Shown here one piece after another: positions 25,468 through 41,045 of a DNA stretch of 64,000 nt; the stretch's first letter is position 1; every line of letters starts with the position of its first letter. The translations under genes and the position numbers were made by a program. This DNA is from Lytechinus pictus (lineage: Eukaryota). The stretch spans positions 43,774,001 to 43,838,000 of the forward strand of contig NC_087245.1 in NCBI RefSeq assembly GCF_037042905.1, read 5' to 3'. Below the pieces are notes generated by a model, which searched no databases, was not told the origin of the DNA, and worked only from the letters and a program-made list of their open reading frames with translations.

Positions 25468-26245
25468 GACTGTAGTCCTTTATGTTACTCCTCTCTTGGT
25501 TTGTGATAGTGGTGAAGGACTTTATGGTTTATGATAGTGATGGAAGAACAGGGCCACTTCTTACAAGAGTTGGGATTGATCCGATCAACCACAACTAGGG
25601 ACGGTCAGCAACATGGACATCTAAAATGTATGTTTGTTCAAAATATTTTCTAGATATGATGTATATGCAGACATTCATCATTATCTCGAAAATTCAGTGT
25701 GATTCTCTTTGTTTACTAAGGAGATTGTACAAATTTCTTGTAGAAAAAAAAATTATGGTATTAATTAATGGATTTCAATACAGTTGAGATTGAATGGATC
25801 AATCGTAACTCTTTGTAAGACGGGGCCCCTGTTTTTGTCATGCTGACATGGACAGTGATGATGCGGATGGACTATCCATCCATTTTGTATTTTTTTGTTG
25901 TTTTTATACAGAAAATAATTACTATACTATCATTATACTATGGGGATCAAAGCCACTTATTCAGATGCACAGTATATTCCACTTTTCTTGCACATTGGAT
26001 ATGTATATTCAAATTTACTAACGTGCAAAGAAAATGAATTCATGAGTAATAGTTTAGTATTAACAAATACTACAAACTTAAGATGCTTTCACCAGTTAGA
26101 TTACAATTCTGAATCAATTATTCATAAACACAGAAAATAGAACCAATATAGAGAGGAAAAAAACATATTTGAGTATTCAGTATATCTTTTCTTAATGCTT
26201 GTTGATCTACTTGGCATTTAACTTGATTTCTCCTCTCGTGTTTAG

Positions 26246-26302
26246 GGTTTACAGAATTTAGCAAGGCGACCTGGAGTTCGCAAACAAGTTAGCACTCATG
26301 AA
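26246..26302 (+). CDS. TRPC: TRPC exon 11 (57-nt exon)
   Basis: Polypyrimidine tract plus tttag, gtaagt donor, phase 0/0, encodes GLQNLARRPGVRKQVSTHE. Supported by splice signals and frame only, with no conserved motif. Confidence 0.7.
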
Positions 26303-26985
26303 GTAAGTAGATTTTCAATCCAAGCACTACTCTCAAAGTTTAATTGATTTCATGACTACTCAACCATATCAACAATTTGAATGTGAATACGTACACCCAT
26401 GAAAGATTAATGTGCATTGCTCATTAATTTTATTGTTACAATTTTTTGTTGAAAAATATGAAATCACAAGATATGGTAATGAGGACATGGAGGATGAAAA
26501 AGTTGATCAATAATTTTTTTTTAATTAGGGGTATAGTCAGGAGTTTGAATATTTATTAGCAATTTTCAATACACCAGGGAGTTTTGTGATGATGAGTGTT
26601 TCATTCTGTTTTAAATTGGGTTTTGAAATTGATCATGAATAATTTTAAATAAGAAATATAAGCAGTTTGGTTAACGCCTATATTCATGACTTATATAGCA
26701 AAATGTTTGGCTATGTTTTCCTCTTCTAAAATCAGGGGTTGAATAAAAAGTTGTTTATTTTGAAATATGAAAATATGGTGCAGAATATAAATTCAGATAT
26801 AAAAAAGACCTTTTAATTCATGAATTCATATTCAAGGGGATCAATACTGCATGGAAATGGAATAGCAGGGGCTGTCACACACAATCATTTAAGATCCAAA
26901 CGAATTCTTAGACAGACATCACAAAGTGGACCAGGATTTTTGCACAATATACAGATATACTACATAATTTTTTTTCTTTAATAAG

Positions 26986-27061
26986 TGCTTGATGAAGACA
27001 GTTATCAAGAGATACCTCTTCAAACTCCAGAATGATAAAGAAGGAGAAGAAGGAGCAGAAG
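26986..27061 (+). CDS. TRPC: TRPC exon 12 (rib helix / CIRB region)
   Basis: CLMKTVIKRYLFKLQNDKEGEEGAE resembles TRPC VMRxLVKRY. aag acceptor, gtaaga donor; phase matches the next exon. Confidence 0.85.
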
Positions 27062-27683
27062 GTAAGATTCTTTTCATATTTTGTTGTAATTTCATAAGTA
27101 AATTGTCATATTATACAGATTTGTGTCAATATTGAAAAACGCTATGATACTTGTTTATATGACTAGATTGATTTGAAAGTGTTACTGTACTTTCTGATTC
27201 TTCATCAAGAATCAGGGGAAAAAATAAAATTTCGTGTAGAAGGGGGGAGAAGGAGAGATTCCATACACTCTAAAAACACTGAGTAAAATTCAACCCAATA
27301 TTGAGTAAAAAGGGAACATGCATGTTTGCTGGGTATTTTTTCACCCCATATTGGGCTATTTGAACACAACATTGCGTAAAATTTACCAAATATGGGGTAT
27401 CTTTTTACCCAACCAGCATGCATGTTCCCAATTAACCCAATATTGTGTAAACCTTTTTTAGAGTGTAAATTTCTCGTTCTGATTTATATTTTGAATCATT
27501 ATTCTTCATATGCTTATATTTTTGTAAAGAATGTCAATGAATGACATTTAATTGAAGTGAAATAATTTGAGTACGGGGCTTTTTGAAAGATCATGTGGGT
27601 CATTTTGGACATTTTGGGGCCTACATAACCCCTCAAATCAATACATTCTTTCCCTTCTTTCATGTTTGTTTTCTACTTGGCAG

Positions 27684-28051
27684 GTGAGCTTGAAGAGATC
27701 AAGAACGACATCTCCAGCTTTCGCTTCGAGGTGATGGAGAAGCTAAAATACCTAGATCCGACTGCTAGTAGTGGTGGAGGTGGAGAGAGTCCTGTCCCTG
27801 CAAGTTCAGGCCCAGTCTTCCAGGGAACTAACCGACCAGAACCAGCGGTGAGCAACAAGCAAGAAGTCATGCTTCGGAAAATGTACGTGCTCGAAAGCCG
27901 TGTGGAGGCAATGATGGAGAGCTTGGAGAGAATCTTTGTGCAAACCAACGAGGTTCTGAGGTCGAGCTCAATGGGAAATGAGATAATTCACCAGTCGCTT
28001 GATAAAGAATCAGAAGAGAAAGTGAATGGTGATATTTGTAAGACACAATGA
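27684..28051 (+). CDS. TRPC: TRPC last coding exon (C-terminal coiled coil)
   Basis: GELEEIKNDISSFRFEVMEKL resembles TRPC4/5 ELKQDISSFRFEV. Ends ...DICKTQ with TGA at 28049-28051. The 13 exons total 2709 nt in one frame. Confidence 0.93.
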
Positions 28052-29853
28052 TTGACGGCAAAGGCACAGTAAAGAAACAGACATTTTTTTTAAAGACTGT
28101 GGGCAAAAGACTGCAGGCGTCACGCGCGTAAAACATTCCCCATAGACTGGTGTGTTAAAATGGCACTTTTGAAAAATTCATACAAAATAAACGTGAAATT
28201 AGAGGGTAGAATGTTTACTACCATATGATAGATATATATCTGGCATTCCATAACTGACCAGAGAAGGGTATCGTAGCCAGCTCATTTACATAAGAAATTG
28301 CCATTTATGAAGATAATTATGATGGGATCAAATTTATCAACTGAAACAGTAAAATAGTAATTCTTCCGCCAGTCAAAAAATAGTTCCAAAGTCATTTTAT
28401 ATCTTCCCAATTTGGGCAAAGGAACTTCAGTAGTTACCATTTCTAGAATCATTGTTAGATTTTCAATTATATTCATATACACTTTGGTCAATCAGCAATA
28501 TCAAATTGAAAAAGAAAATCGATTGGGTCGAAGGAATATCTTTAGCCTTCCTGTTGTAATTAGTCTCATGGAACCTGCAGTTAATTTGTATATAATGGAT
28601 GTGTACAGTATCTGATTTCAATAACTTGTTATGGATACCTCCCTGTAGAGTAAATTCTGTTTTTTCCCCTTAAATGGGTGATTCATTGGTAGATTTTCTA
28701 TCTCATGAAAGTTGTTATTTTTCTTTCTTTACAATCTTCTGCAGTACTTCAATATAACATATATAACTGCGGCTGCCAAGACTACGTCTTCTATTTTCCC
28801 TTCTCTTTGAATCTCTTCATCCTCCTCCTTATTGTTCCTTTTCTTCTAATTCTTATTCTCCTCTTTCTTCCTATCCTTCTTGTTCTTCTTTTTCTCCTTC
28901 ATTGTTGTCTTCTTCCTCATCTACATTTCCTTATTTTTTTCTGCTCCCTTTTGTCTCCCTCTACTTATTTGGCTCTTTTGTAACTATCTATTTTCCACTT
29001 TTACACCTCCTCCTTTTTTCTTCTCATTTTTCTTTTCTTCTCCATGTTTTTCTCCTCACTCTCTCCCTTCTTCACCATAGTCAATCACATCATCATTTCC
29101 TTCTCCCCTGTTATTCTTTTAGAAATTCACATTTCTGTTTCAATTAATGTAATATTTACCTTTCTTGTTCTAGTTTCCAGTTGTTTTGCTCTTAGGATAC
29201 ATGATTTGTATAATTCTGGCATGTATACTGTATACAAAATCTACACTGACTTACATGTACAAATTATGAAAAATCTTGCTGGTAGCTTCAACTTTATTTA
29301 TTAATATACATGTGTTTGTATATATCCAATGTATAGTGTAATAAATGGGCATTTTGCCGCTTTGGTCAGAATATGTTACAAGAATAACATTCTTTCTTTC
29401 AGGTTGAGTAAATGACCAAAACGAGTACTATTGAATGCTGCTGTATAGTGTATGTACATGTACACGTATATTATTATTTTTTTTTTTGGATTGAATATAT
29501 CATGTTTGCCATATCACTTTTGATTCCATATTCAATAGATTATAGTTCGGAGTAACCTCATAGGCAAGTTTTTTTTGGTTCAAATTACCTTTTCTTTCTT
29601 CTATTATGATAGGCAAACTTCGAAGCAAGATATAAATTAAACATGCTTGACCTATAGCAGGGTGCATATTATATTGCAATGAACTTTCAGAGGTAGTTGC
29701 ATTTATACTTTGGATGTTTTAGTATGTTGTTATTATGTACTTTGCCTACTGTTAAATACTAGTCACAAATGGCCGTATTGTTTTTTACCCCCTGAAAACC
29801 TAATGAAAAGCACAATTTGGGAGAATATTTGAATTCAAATTACCTTCTGATCA

Positions 29854-30713
<860 letters not shown>

Positions 30714-31174
30714 TCTGATCATGATCAGAAAGGAGCTACGTACTGGTCTATTGGAGTCATAATTATGACACAATTATTTTCATGTAAATATATATATCTT
30801 CTTCTTTTCATCAAATCTTCCCATATTTGTAGCAAGTATAATTACTAATAACCAAATGGCTAGATTATCTTTTACGAGTACAAGGTTTGAGTTATAGTGT
30901 GTCCCAGAAAAAAAAAATTCTTAGTCATCATTCAAAAATTAAACAATTATGAAATTTCGATTAAATCAATAAAAATCACATTTTTCATTCTTTGATACCT
31001 AATACGTAACTCATAACGTGTGAATGAGTGAAAAGGGAACTTCACTCTATTTTAGCTTTTATTCCAAAACAGTTACTAATGATTTAAGTGTAAAAATGTA
31101 TTGACGAATTTGAGTCTAATGTTAAAGATTTGTGCTACATCTGGCTTAAAACGTTTAACCACAACTTAAGACCA

Positions 31175-32567
31175 GGGCTCCGTAACAAAGGTTTGCAATC
31201 AATCGCTAACTACCAATCAAGATCATCGTTGCGTGCGCATTCTGTTTAAAAAGCTTGTTACGATCGTCTGCGGAGCGGGGATGGCCGCACCCTTTCAAGA
31301 AAAACAGAGGAACTTTTCTCGAAAGGGTGGGTTGAAGGAGTGGAGTCAAATAAACGCACCTTTTCGGGACAGCCGGGGAGCTTTTCACGAAAGGCTATGT
31401 TAATAGTTTTCTGAACCAGTAGTTTCTATGAAAATTATTCATCAAATAATAACAACTATATAATATTAATAGACTATTGGTATAGAGGTGCACAGATGGG
31501 GAGGGGGGGGGCTTGGGGCGCTTCTCCCCCCCAAAAAAAAAATTTGAAAAAAATCACGACAAAAAAAAAGAAAGAAAAGAGAGAAAGGTAAAATATATCA
31601 TTTTCTGAATATATATTTTTTTAAATGAAAATGTCTATTATTTATTTTGCTCGCTCACAATACATTTTGCCTGATATGACATATCTAGCCCCTAAAAAAT
31701 TTGGGCTCATTATTACCCCACTGATAATTAGGAGGGAAAAAACAGAGTTGGCAGTTTTTTGTGATTTTGAATAAAATTGCATATCGATGAAGTAATGCTA
31801 GACACTCAACAATTCCACAAAGCCATATAAAACAATTCTGGAATTATTAGGAAAAATAGCGTATTCTATTCTGAATAAATTCGCATTTGCATAAGAATGA
31901 ACTGTAATGAAACACATCAGTGGCGTAATGAGCCAAAGATTTTGAAGGGGCTAGATATGGCGTATCGGGCAAAATGAAAAAAAAGTTGTAAGCGAGCAAA
32001 ACTTTTGACATTTTTCTTTTACAAAATCCATTGGCATAATATTCAGAAAAAAATATATTTCAACGTTCTAGCTAGTACTAATAATAAAAAATAGTTACCA
32101 TGTACGGCAGAACCCGGTCGACGCGTGCACCGCCGAGACTATTGAAAGTAAATAAGCCTATAAATGAAAATGCACAAAATTTGTGTTTTTTCCTTCTTTC
32201 CTTCCATTTTAATGCATATGTCCGTCGAAATGTTCCAAAGATGACACACATGCACCCAGCACACACAACCTCACCTCATATGCGGCCTCCATACCCTAAT
32301 ACAAATTTACACAGAAACGCAAACAACTAAGCACTACCTTTCGCGAATAGCTCCCCCGGTTGTCTCGAAAAGGTGCGTTATTTTGACTGCTCTCCCTCAA
32401 CTCGCCCTTTCGAGAAAAGCTCCCCCGGTTTTCTCGAAAGGGTGCGGTCACCCCCGCTCCGCGAACGCAGACGATCGTAACAAGCCGTTTAAAATACTGA
32501 CCGGGAGCCAATCAGTGCGGCTCTTTCATATTCATAGTTCATCGCCAACCTTTGTGTTATGGAGCCC
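31175..32567. mobile_element. Non-autonomous element with long imperfect inverted arms
   Basis: gggctccgtaacaaagg / cctttgtgttatggagccc ends; about 31250-31395 is inversely similar to about 32335-32490. No clean TSD. Confidence 0.65.
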
Positions 32568-34740
32568 AAAGTTCAGAATACGGGCAGTTGTTTTGAACAA
32601 AAAGAGAAAAATTCAACAAGCATAACACTGAAAACTTCATCAAAATCGGATGTAAAATAAGAGAGTTATGACATTCTAAAATTTTACTTAATGTCGCAAA
32701 AGAATTACATGTATATGCACATCCTGGTCAGTATGCAATTGCGAGGACTGATGACATCATCCACTCACAATTTCTTTTCTGTTTTATTATATGAAATATG
32801 ACATTTTCTAATTTTCTCCTCTTTGTCACATGAAACAAATTTTTATTTCTCCCTGAACTTGTGGAATTACCATTATTTTAACATCAAGTGTGTCAGTCAA
32901 GTGGGTCCTGACTGCCAAATCTGTAAGAAATGAAAATATTGTAGAAAAGAATTAGTAAATGATGGACATCAACACCCTTATTTGCATATCACTGGGTTGT
33001 GTATATAATTGTTCTGTGAAAAATAAGCAAAAATGTAAAATGTCATTACCTACTAATTTCACATCCGATTTTGATGAAATTTGCAATGTTACGTTCGTTT
33101 GTCTTTTCTCTATTGATTTAAATAAAGCTTTTTCTGGGGCCGACTTCACATTTAAGCAAAAGTCTGCAGCAAACCATGGATGGAAAATTCCAACCAAATG
33201 TTGAAAATTGATTTTATCACAAGATGGGTTTTTCATAAAGCTGTTCGTAAGTTAACAATGACTTTAAGAATGACTGGTGATCCTCTCTTGTGGTAAATGG
33301 TGTACACCAACATTTTCATTGGCGATGGTTTAACGCGTAAGAAAGGTTCACCAGTCTTAAAGTCACTCTTACTTGTAACTTTTTTTTTTACTAACAAACA
33401 GCTTTAACAAACACCCCATCCCCGATATCACAAGCCACAGGTTTTAACCCCCCCCCCCCTGTAAATTTGTGATGTTTCTTCCAAAAGACCAAATAAATGC
33501 ATCACAATGAGATGGGTGTGGGGCAGGCAAAAATTTAAATGATTTGTTAAAATTATTATAATCATTATTATTATTATTATTATTATTATTTTTTTTTTGG
33601 GGGGGGTCTGCTTTTTACAACTTACTGCATAAATCTGCAACATCGGATAAGCTTCAACACTGCAGTGAATGGGAATTTCCTAGGTCTCTTTTGAGCATTC
33701 TGGGGGTGAAATTGCCCCGAGCCCCCGTGTTATTTTGTTTCCATGGTGGGGGGGGGGGGGGGGAGGTGCAGGGCCCGATTACCCTCCTATGATATTTCTA
33801 GTCATTTAATTAAAAAGAGTTAATCTATTATAGATTAATCTTATGGACATTTTACAGCGAATGTCACATGTAGGAGTACAGTGGCAACTGAGAGTAACAT
33901 ATTGTGGTCAGAGGAAAATAAGGAAGTAATAAACGACTTGACGGGCGAATGAATGATTGATAAGATAAATGAAATTTTAATTGACTCATTTAATAAGTAA
34001 TAAATGACAAATGTTTTGGAATTAATTACTGACTTCATATATGTGTGCAATAATATCATTCCAGGGTTAGAGCAATAAATGTGTGTTTATCTTGTGTATA
34101 TAGTATGTGTATTGTATTAATCTTTTTTTTTGTTTGTTTATTAAATGATCAAACGTGATAGAGAGAACGGTTCGCTCAAAAATAATATTTTCAACAATGG
34201 GCAACCATTTTTTTTAACTCATCCAAAGTAAGATTTATTTAATAGTCAAATATACACCATTACAGGCACTGGCGTACCTAGGATTTTCCAGGATTTTCGT
34301 CAGGGGGGGGGGGGCAAAAAGGTCTTTCAAGCTCGTCAGGGGGGGGCAGACTGCCCCTCTGCCCCCCCCCCCCGTAGGTACGCTAGTGATTACAGGCATT
34401 GATGTGTGCCTACTACCACCCCCACCTCCATACTTTTTCATACATGAGAAACAGATAAAACCTTCAAACATTGCTATCCCTGAAGAAGACATGGTGTTAT
34501 GTAAAAAAATAGAATTCACAGGAATTAAATTTGTTGGAACTTAATGTATAAACCAGTTACTCGATACAATAAAAACAATTTGTAATTATTTTTTTTGCAG
34601 TTTGACATTCATTATATTCAAAGACAAAAATAATGCATGTTCTATCAAAATAGCCAAAAGTTTGATTATAAAATAACTGATTGTTAATTCTGAATGAAAT
34701 TTACTGTATGCCTACTTAGATCATATATTATACTACTTAA

Positions 34741-35324
34741 AGGAGAATGAAACTCTTGGAGCAAGTTAGCTTTTGTGAAAGCAGAAAAATCAAAGAATAA
34801 GATCAACAAAAGTTTGAGTAAAATAGGACTAGCAATAGAAGAGTTATGAGCATTTGAATGTCGAGATCACTAATGCTATGGAGATCCTCCAATTGGCAAT
34901 GCGACCAAGATCTATGATGTCACAGATGAACAACTCTCCCCTTTTGGACACTGAAAATATACCCCAAAACATCTCTTTTTGCTCATTCTAATCATATGAC
35001 AAACGATTCATCAATGATATAATGTTGTAAAACCTCTGTACTTGTCCTCTGATAAAGAGAACACCTCACCTTGTGGTAGACTCTATAAAAGTGAGAATAT
35101 AAGTGAAATAAGTACTAAAGTAATGAGGGAGTTGTACGTGTGTGACATCACAGATCTTGGTCGCATTACCAATGGGAGGATCTACATGGCATTAGTGATC
35201 TCAATATTCAAATGCTCATAACTTTCTTATTGTTCATTCAATCTTCCTCAAACGTTCAACAATATGTTTCTTTGATTTTTCTCTTTGATATGGATTCAGC
35301 TGGTTTCAAGGGTTTCATTCTCCT
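34741..35324. mobile_element. Kolobok-like MITE (TTAA TSD, AG...CT ends)
   Basis: ttaa|aggagaatgaaac...gtttcattctcct|ttaa, with long internal inverted repeats. Confidence 0.82.
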
Positions 35325-36429
35325 TTAATAATATTTGTTAGATAGTACTTGAGAATCTTTCATTTTTTCTAGGGCAACAGAAAACAGGAATGCCATTGAC
35401 TGACATGCATATGTCTACCAATTTTAGCTTACAACACAATAATAACATAGGAAAATATGTATTAAAATACATCTCACAATTACTTTCATGCTATATTTTC
35501 CACTTAAAAAAAAATATTTTCCATCACGTCCCATATCATATTCATATAATAGTTATCTGCTGGTACATGTAGCTATTACCTATCATTGGCAGGGAGAAAA
35601 AGGGGGAAATCAAATTCACATTTATCAAACATGATTATCAAAAAATAATTAGAACAATAGGTACTTATCTTACTCTGTATATATTAAACCAAACCTGCAA
35701 ATCTAGTATTCAGCAGAGGTGGGTTACTGTTTGGTAACGTTGTCAAAAAGGTGCATACACTGTAATATTAGTAACAGCTCTATTGTGCTACATAATTATA
35801 TATGATCTATTTCCCTATCAATAATTATGTGATTTCAATCTCCTTGTGAATTGACTAATGAAATACAATTATGTACTGCCAATTTCTCTAATACGGTTCA
35901 TGGACCTGTTTATTGTCATTTGGTCTTCTTGCTGTTTCTTCTCATCTCACATGGTCTTATACTAGTTTGTCTACAACCAGTTGGTGTCATTTAACCCCAT
36001 TTAACCCACTGTCCATTCTTTTTCCAGTTCGGCGATACCAATATTGTCTATTATTATTTAGATGTAGGGTTTTAGAGGCGCAGATATCTTTTGACGTCTT
36101 GTGACGTTGTTTCGAAAAGACAAAATATTAAAACTGATTTTTAACGTGCATGCCTATGAAAACCATCCAATATTGAAAATATTGGATGAAATGAATATTT
36201 TGCCCCTCCCACAAGTTTATCACTGTTTAATAAATGATTGTTCGCATGAAGCAATTGTTACGTCACAATGGAATTGCATTGCATATTCGTTGCCAGGAGG
36301 TGTGGAAAAGGAGCGTCAATTTATTGAATTCAAAAGCGCTTGCACTATAAAACGCTAGAGATTTCGTCTTTTTTTAAATGACCATATACTCAGGCGCCAT
36401 GCTTATACGCATTTCACTATGATTCAAGA

Positions 36430-37860
36430 TGGTGTTTCCTCTATGTAGAAAAGTAACTCTTATTTTATTGAAATCACTTGGAGACAAAACAGTAGGCTTT
36501 TCTCTATCAGCTACAATATAAAGAAGTGAGGGCACAGCAAAGCCTACCCCCCCCCCCTTTACGGGAACGCCGAAGTCGAGTAACTTTTGTTTTTAACCAA
36601 TTGGAGATAAGAGTAGACTTTCCTCTATCTGCTACATATAGGGAAGTGCTGGCATATTGAAGCATACCCCCTTAGGGGTCGCCGAAATCACCCACCCCTT
36701 TTCCATATTTTACCTTTTTATGGGAAAATATGCAATTTTCAAACCCCCATTGAGGCAAAAAGTGTTTCTGCTATGTAGTAAGGCCACTTTTATTGTTTTT
36801 AAACGATATGGAGACGAAAGAGTAGAGTTTTATCTATCTGCTACATATAAAGAAGTGATGGTACAGCAAAGCCTACCCCCTCTTGGTACTGCCAAAGCTA
36901 CCTACCCCTTTTACGTATTTTACCTATTTATGGGAAAATGTGCCATTTTGGAGCCCCCATTAAGGCAAAAAGTGTTTCTGCTATGTAGTAAGGCCACTTT
37001 TATTGTTTTTAAACGATATGGAGACGAAAGAGTAGAGTTTCTTCCGTCTGCTACATATAAAGAAGTGATGGCATAGTGAAGCATATCCCCTTAGGGTGTC
37101 GCCGAAATCACCCACCCTTTTCCATATTTATGGGAAAATATGCAATTTTGGAGCCCTCGTTGAGGCAAAAAGTGTTTCTGCTATGTAGTAAACCCGTTTT
37201 GTTTTGAAACTACGTGGAGAAAAAGGAGTAGACTTTCCTTTATCTGCTAGTCCTTCACAGCAAAGCCTAGCATTCCCCTCAGGGGAAAATCTGCCAATTT
37301 TGGAGCCTCTGAAGAGGGTAGAAGTCAATGTGCCAGCACTTTTTTACATGTAGCTGATATTAAAAAAAGCCTATTCTTTGATTTCCAAGTGGTTCCCAAA
37401 ATCGAAACTAGCTTTACTATATAACAGAAATACCCTTTTGCCTGAATGGGGGCTCAAACACTGCAATTTTTTTCAATAAAGAGGGAACATAGGCAGAAAA
37501 TGTGGAGAGAGTTCGGCAGCCCCTGAATGGGGGAAGGCTTCGGTGTGCCAGCATATGTGATGATAAAGAAGATCCTACTTTGTCATCTCCATGTGGTTAC
37601 ATTACAATAAAAGTGGCTTTACTGCAAAGCAGAATTCACCTTTTGCCTCAATGGTTCTCCAAAATGGCGAATTTTCCGAGAAATGGGCAAAATACGAAAA
37701 AGGGATTTGTAGGTGTCTTTGGCAGCCCCCTGAGGGCGTAGAATTTGCAATGCCCTAACTTCTTTATATGTAGCTGATAGAGAAAAACCTACTCTTTTTT
37801 CTCTAAGTGATTTAAAGGGGAAAAAATGCATACCTAAAACAACATTTTGCCACATTGGGG
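36430..37860. repeat. Tandem repeat of about 200-210 bp, switching orientation at about 37310
   Basis: aggcaaaaagtgtttctgctatgtagtaa recurs near 36753, 36963 and 37163, then reverse-complement units follow. The family recurs at about 40500-40860, 42735-43258 and 54432-54700. Confidence 0.85.
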
Positions 37861-40800
37861 GCTCCGAAAAGCACGATAATCATTTCAATTCAATTTATTT
37901 GGCAAAGTAAGACAATCAAGAAGTTACAAAGTAAACAAATACACATGGATGAGCCAGGACCTCTAAAAAAACATCCCGTGCTTATATTTGAGGCCCTAAA
38001 TGACAATTAAGAAATACAATATGTTGATATCTTAATAAGCCAGTTCGTAGTTCCTTTCTGCGCATGATCAAAAGATTCTACGCATGATCAGAGAAAGGTA
38101 ATTTGTACTAAAGTGACATGGTGGTTTAAAATCTAATGAGATAAGCACCAACTTTGATGTCTTGATTATTCATATATTCTTTTGAATTGTGGTTTTCATT
38201 TACATCCACAAAACCAATGCGTCCACGAACGACTGGTATTTCACAATTTGCCAAGTACATTGTGCAACATGCTATGATATGCATTCAAAGTAGGAATGCA
38301 ACAAATACCTTCATAAAGTGACTGGTGTGCTATTCAAGTCACCTGGTCTATTCAATTTCTTCATCCTGCTATGTAAGGCAAGCTTACGTAATATCTTGCT
38401 TTGAAATCTGCCTACCATAATGAAAGAAATGAAAGGTCATTTAACCAAAATTGTCCATGAAGTAACTACGAACTGGTCTATAGTCAAGCTACCGATAAGG
38501 GTGGGGTACCTTCTACAGGCTCTTGTGGGACTAATTGCATGCAAAATAAAAATGCAGAGCAATGCCTCGATCACTAGCGTACCAACGGGGGGGGGGGGGG
38601 GGGGCAGGGGGGCAGTCCCCCCCCCCCCCCCCCGACGAGCTTGAAGACCTTTATTGCCACCTGTGACGAGCTTGAAGACATTTTTTTTTTTGTCAAATTT
38701 TTTTCTGGTACAAAATCCTTTATTTGTAATTGAAGACCTTTTTTTTTGGTGTCAATTTTTGGCGGACGGTTTTGCCCCCCCCCCCCCCCTGTAGAAAATC
38801 CTAGGCACGCCACTGGCCTCGATCCTCTATTTTTTCAAGAGGTTTCATTATTATAAAAGTTGCTTTGTGTAGAAAACGCCTTTTACCCTCATATATATAC
38901 CTAATATATATACATGTACCTTTATATTGCTACGCACGTTACATGCATTTCTGCGTGTTAGGCACATCAACAAAGGCGATGCAAGATAAAACAGACAGAT
39001 GTCAATGCCCATGAACATTGTAGACCAAATTTTTTGGATGAATTCTTATTTTTTTTCAAAATATATTAATCGGACTATACATAAAACGATTTCTACTATC
39101 CAAATCATAGTGAAATGCGTATTCCTTTACGATTGTTCCCACTAGCGTACCTAACAGGGGGGCAGACTGCCCCCCTGACGAGTCACAACTGATCCAGGGG
39201 ACGTGCCCCCCCCTCTTTTGAACCTGAAGACCTTCATTTTTGGTTGAAGACCTTTTTTTTGTGCTTGTCAAATTATTTTCCGGTAAGAAATCCTTGATTT
39301 TCGGTTAAAGACCCTTCTTTTTTTTTCCTTGTCAAATTTTTTTCTGGTAAGAAATCCTTGATTTTTGGTTAAAGACCCTTCTTTTTTTTTCTTTTTTTTT
39401 GCTTGTCAAATTTTTTCGCGGACGAAATATCCTCCAAAAAATTTGCCCCCCTTTTGGAAAATCCTAGGTACGCCAGTGATTGTCCCATTGTCAGACTCTG
39501 TGCAAAAATATGAAAATAATTCATTTTCATTTATACAATCCAAGAGGGCCGCCAAAGATATTAATTTTGAACCCCGTGGGGCATGATTTTGCAAAGGGAA
39601 CATCAAGATTCATTAACTAGACACTTCAGGCAATACAAAAACGTTGATTAAAAATATATTTTGATGGTGCACAGGAACCCCTATTTCCGACTCGACAACA
39701 ATAATGCAGTCATACATGGTATAGGTTCGTTGTTGAAAACTAGGCTCAAAACGTAGCCTATAGACTGCCCAATGGGCAATCAATCTTTGCTGAATTCATT
39801 TATTTATTAGCAGAGACATAATGAAGATGAAAATATGCTGTTTGGAATACTTAATATCATACAAAATGCGGGAAACATCAATAAAGTAGGCATATCGTTC
39901 GCACACCAAATGGGCCAAAAACCGCACGATTTCTATGTACGCACCATATTGAAAAGGGGGCTGAAATCACATTCTATAATGTCATTTCCAATTACTGACA
40001 TATATTTTCTAAAAGTAGAGATATAGATGAAGTGAACGATATTATGCTCGACAGGAAATATATCAAAGAAAGTACACTATTAAAAAAGAAAATAAATTTC
40101 TGAATCGATTTTTGACAATTTTTGAAGCAAGAAATCTCCCAAACTAATGACATGCAAATTTCATGACGTAATTTGCATATGTTAACAAATAATTTCACGG
40201 ACAGAAATTGCATGTCTCTTTTGAACTACTTAAACAATATATTTTGAAAGTTTCATACAAAACAATCATGGTTTGGCTGAGATATTCTCCCTTGACTTCA
40301 TGCTATGTGTAGAATGTCTAAAAAATTGTGAAATAGGGCCATTTTGTAGTGACGTCATATACTACGTCATTTCGGCGAAAAGACCACGGATAAAACCCGG
40401 CAGCAATGCATTTTTGTAAACTTCAGGGTCCGTGCCATCCAGATATGGGGTCATTTGCTTGTCCGGCTTTCGGTTGAATAAATCTCCCGGGCTGCCGGAC
40501 TACCCAGGAGGCTGCCGAAGTCATCCCCACCCCTTTGCGCATTTTGCCACTTTCTTGGAAAATTCGCCATTTGGGAGACTCATTGAAGCAAAAGGCATTT
40601 CCCTTTGCATTAGACCATTTTATTCTTTTGTAACCACTTGGAGATAAAAATTTAGATTTTCCTCTATCAGCTACATACATGTATAAAGAAGTACTGCCAC
40701 AGCAAAGCCTACCCCTCTGGGGTTTGCCGAAGTTACCCACCCCTTTTGCATATTTTGCAAATTTACATGATTTATGGGGAAAATCTACCAATTCGCAGCC

Positions 40801-41045
40801 CTCATTGATGCAAAAATGTGTTTCTAATGTATAGTTAGCCATTTTCAATGTCTTATCCCTTATCCCTAAAAGAGCCGGGTTATTTGAACCCATCTCACAG
40901 CTGGGGAGGCGCAGATTCCGCCCCCCCCCCCCGAGATCTCGGCCTTCGATCGCGCGAGCGTCGCAAAAATTTGCACAGTGGTAGTGTGCGTTAAAATCTA
41001 CAAGGCTGTATGGTTCATTTTTTTTTAATACGATTTTTAATTTAA

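Noticed and set aside
36657..37076. 139-aa ORF with a 70-aa repeat
   Set aside because: It reflects the 210-bp tandem repeat; neighbouring units break the frame.
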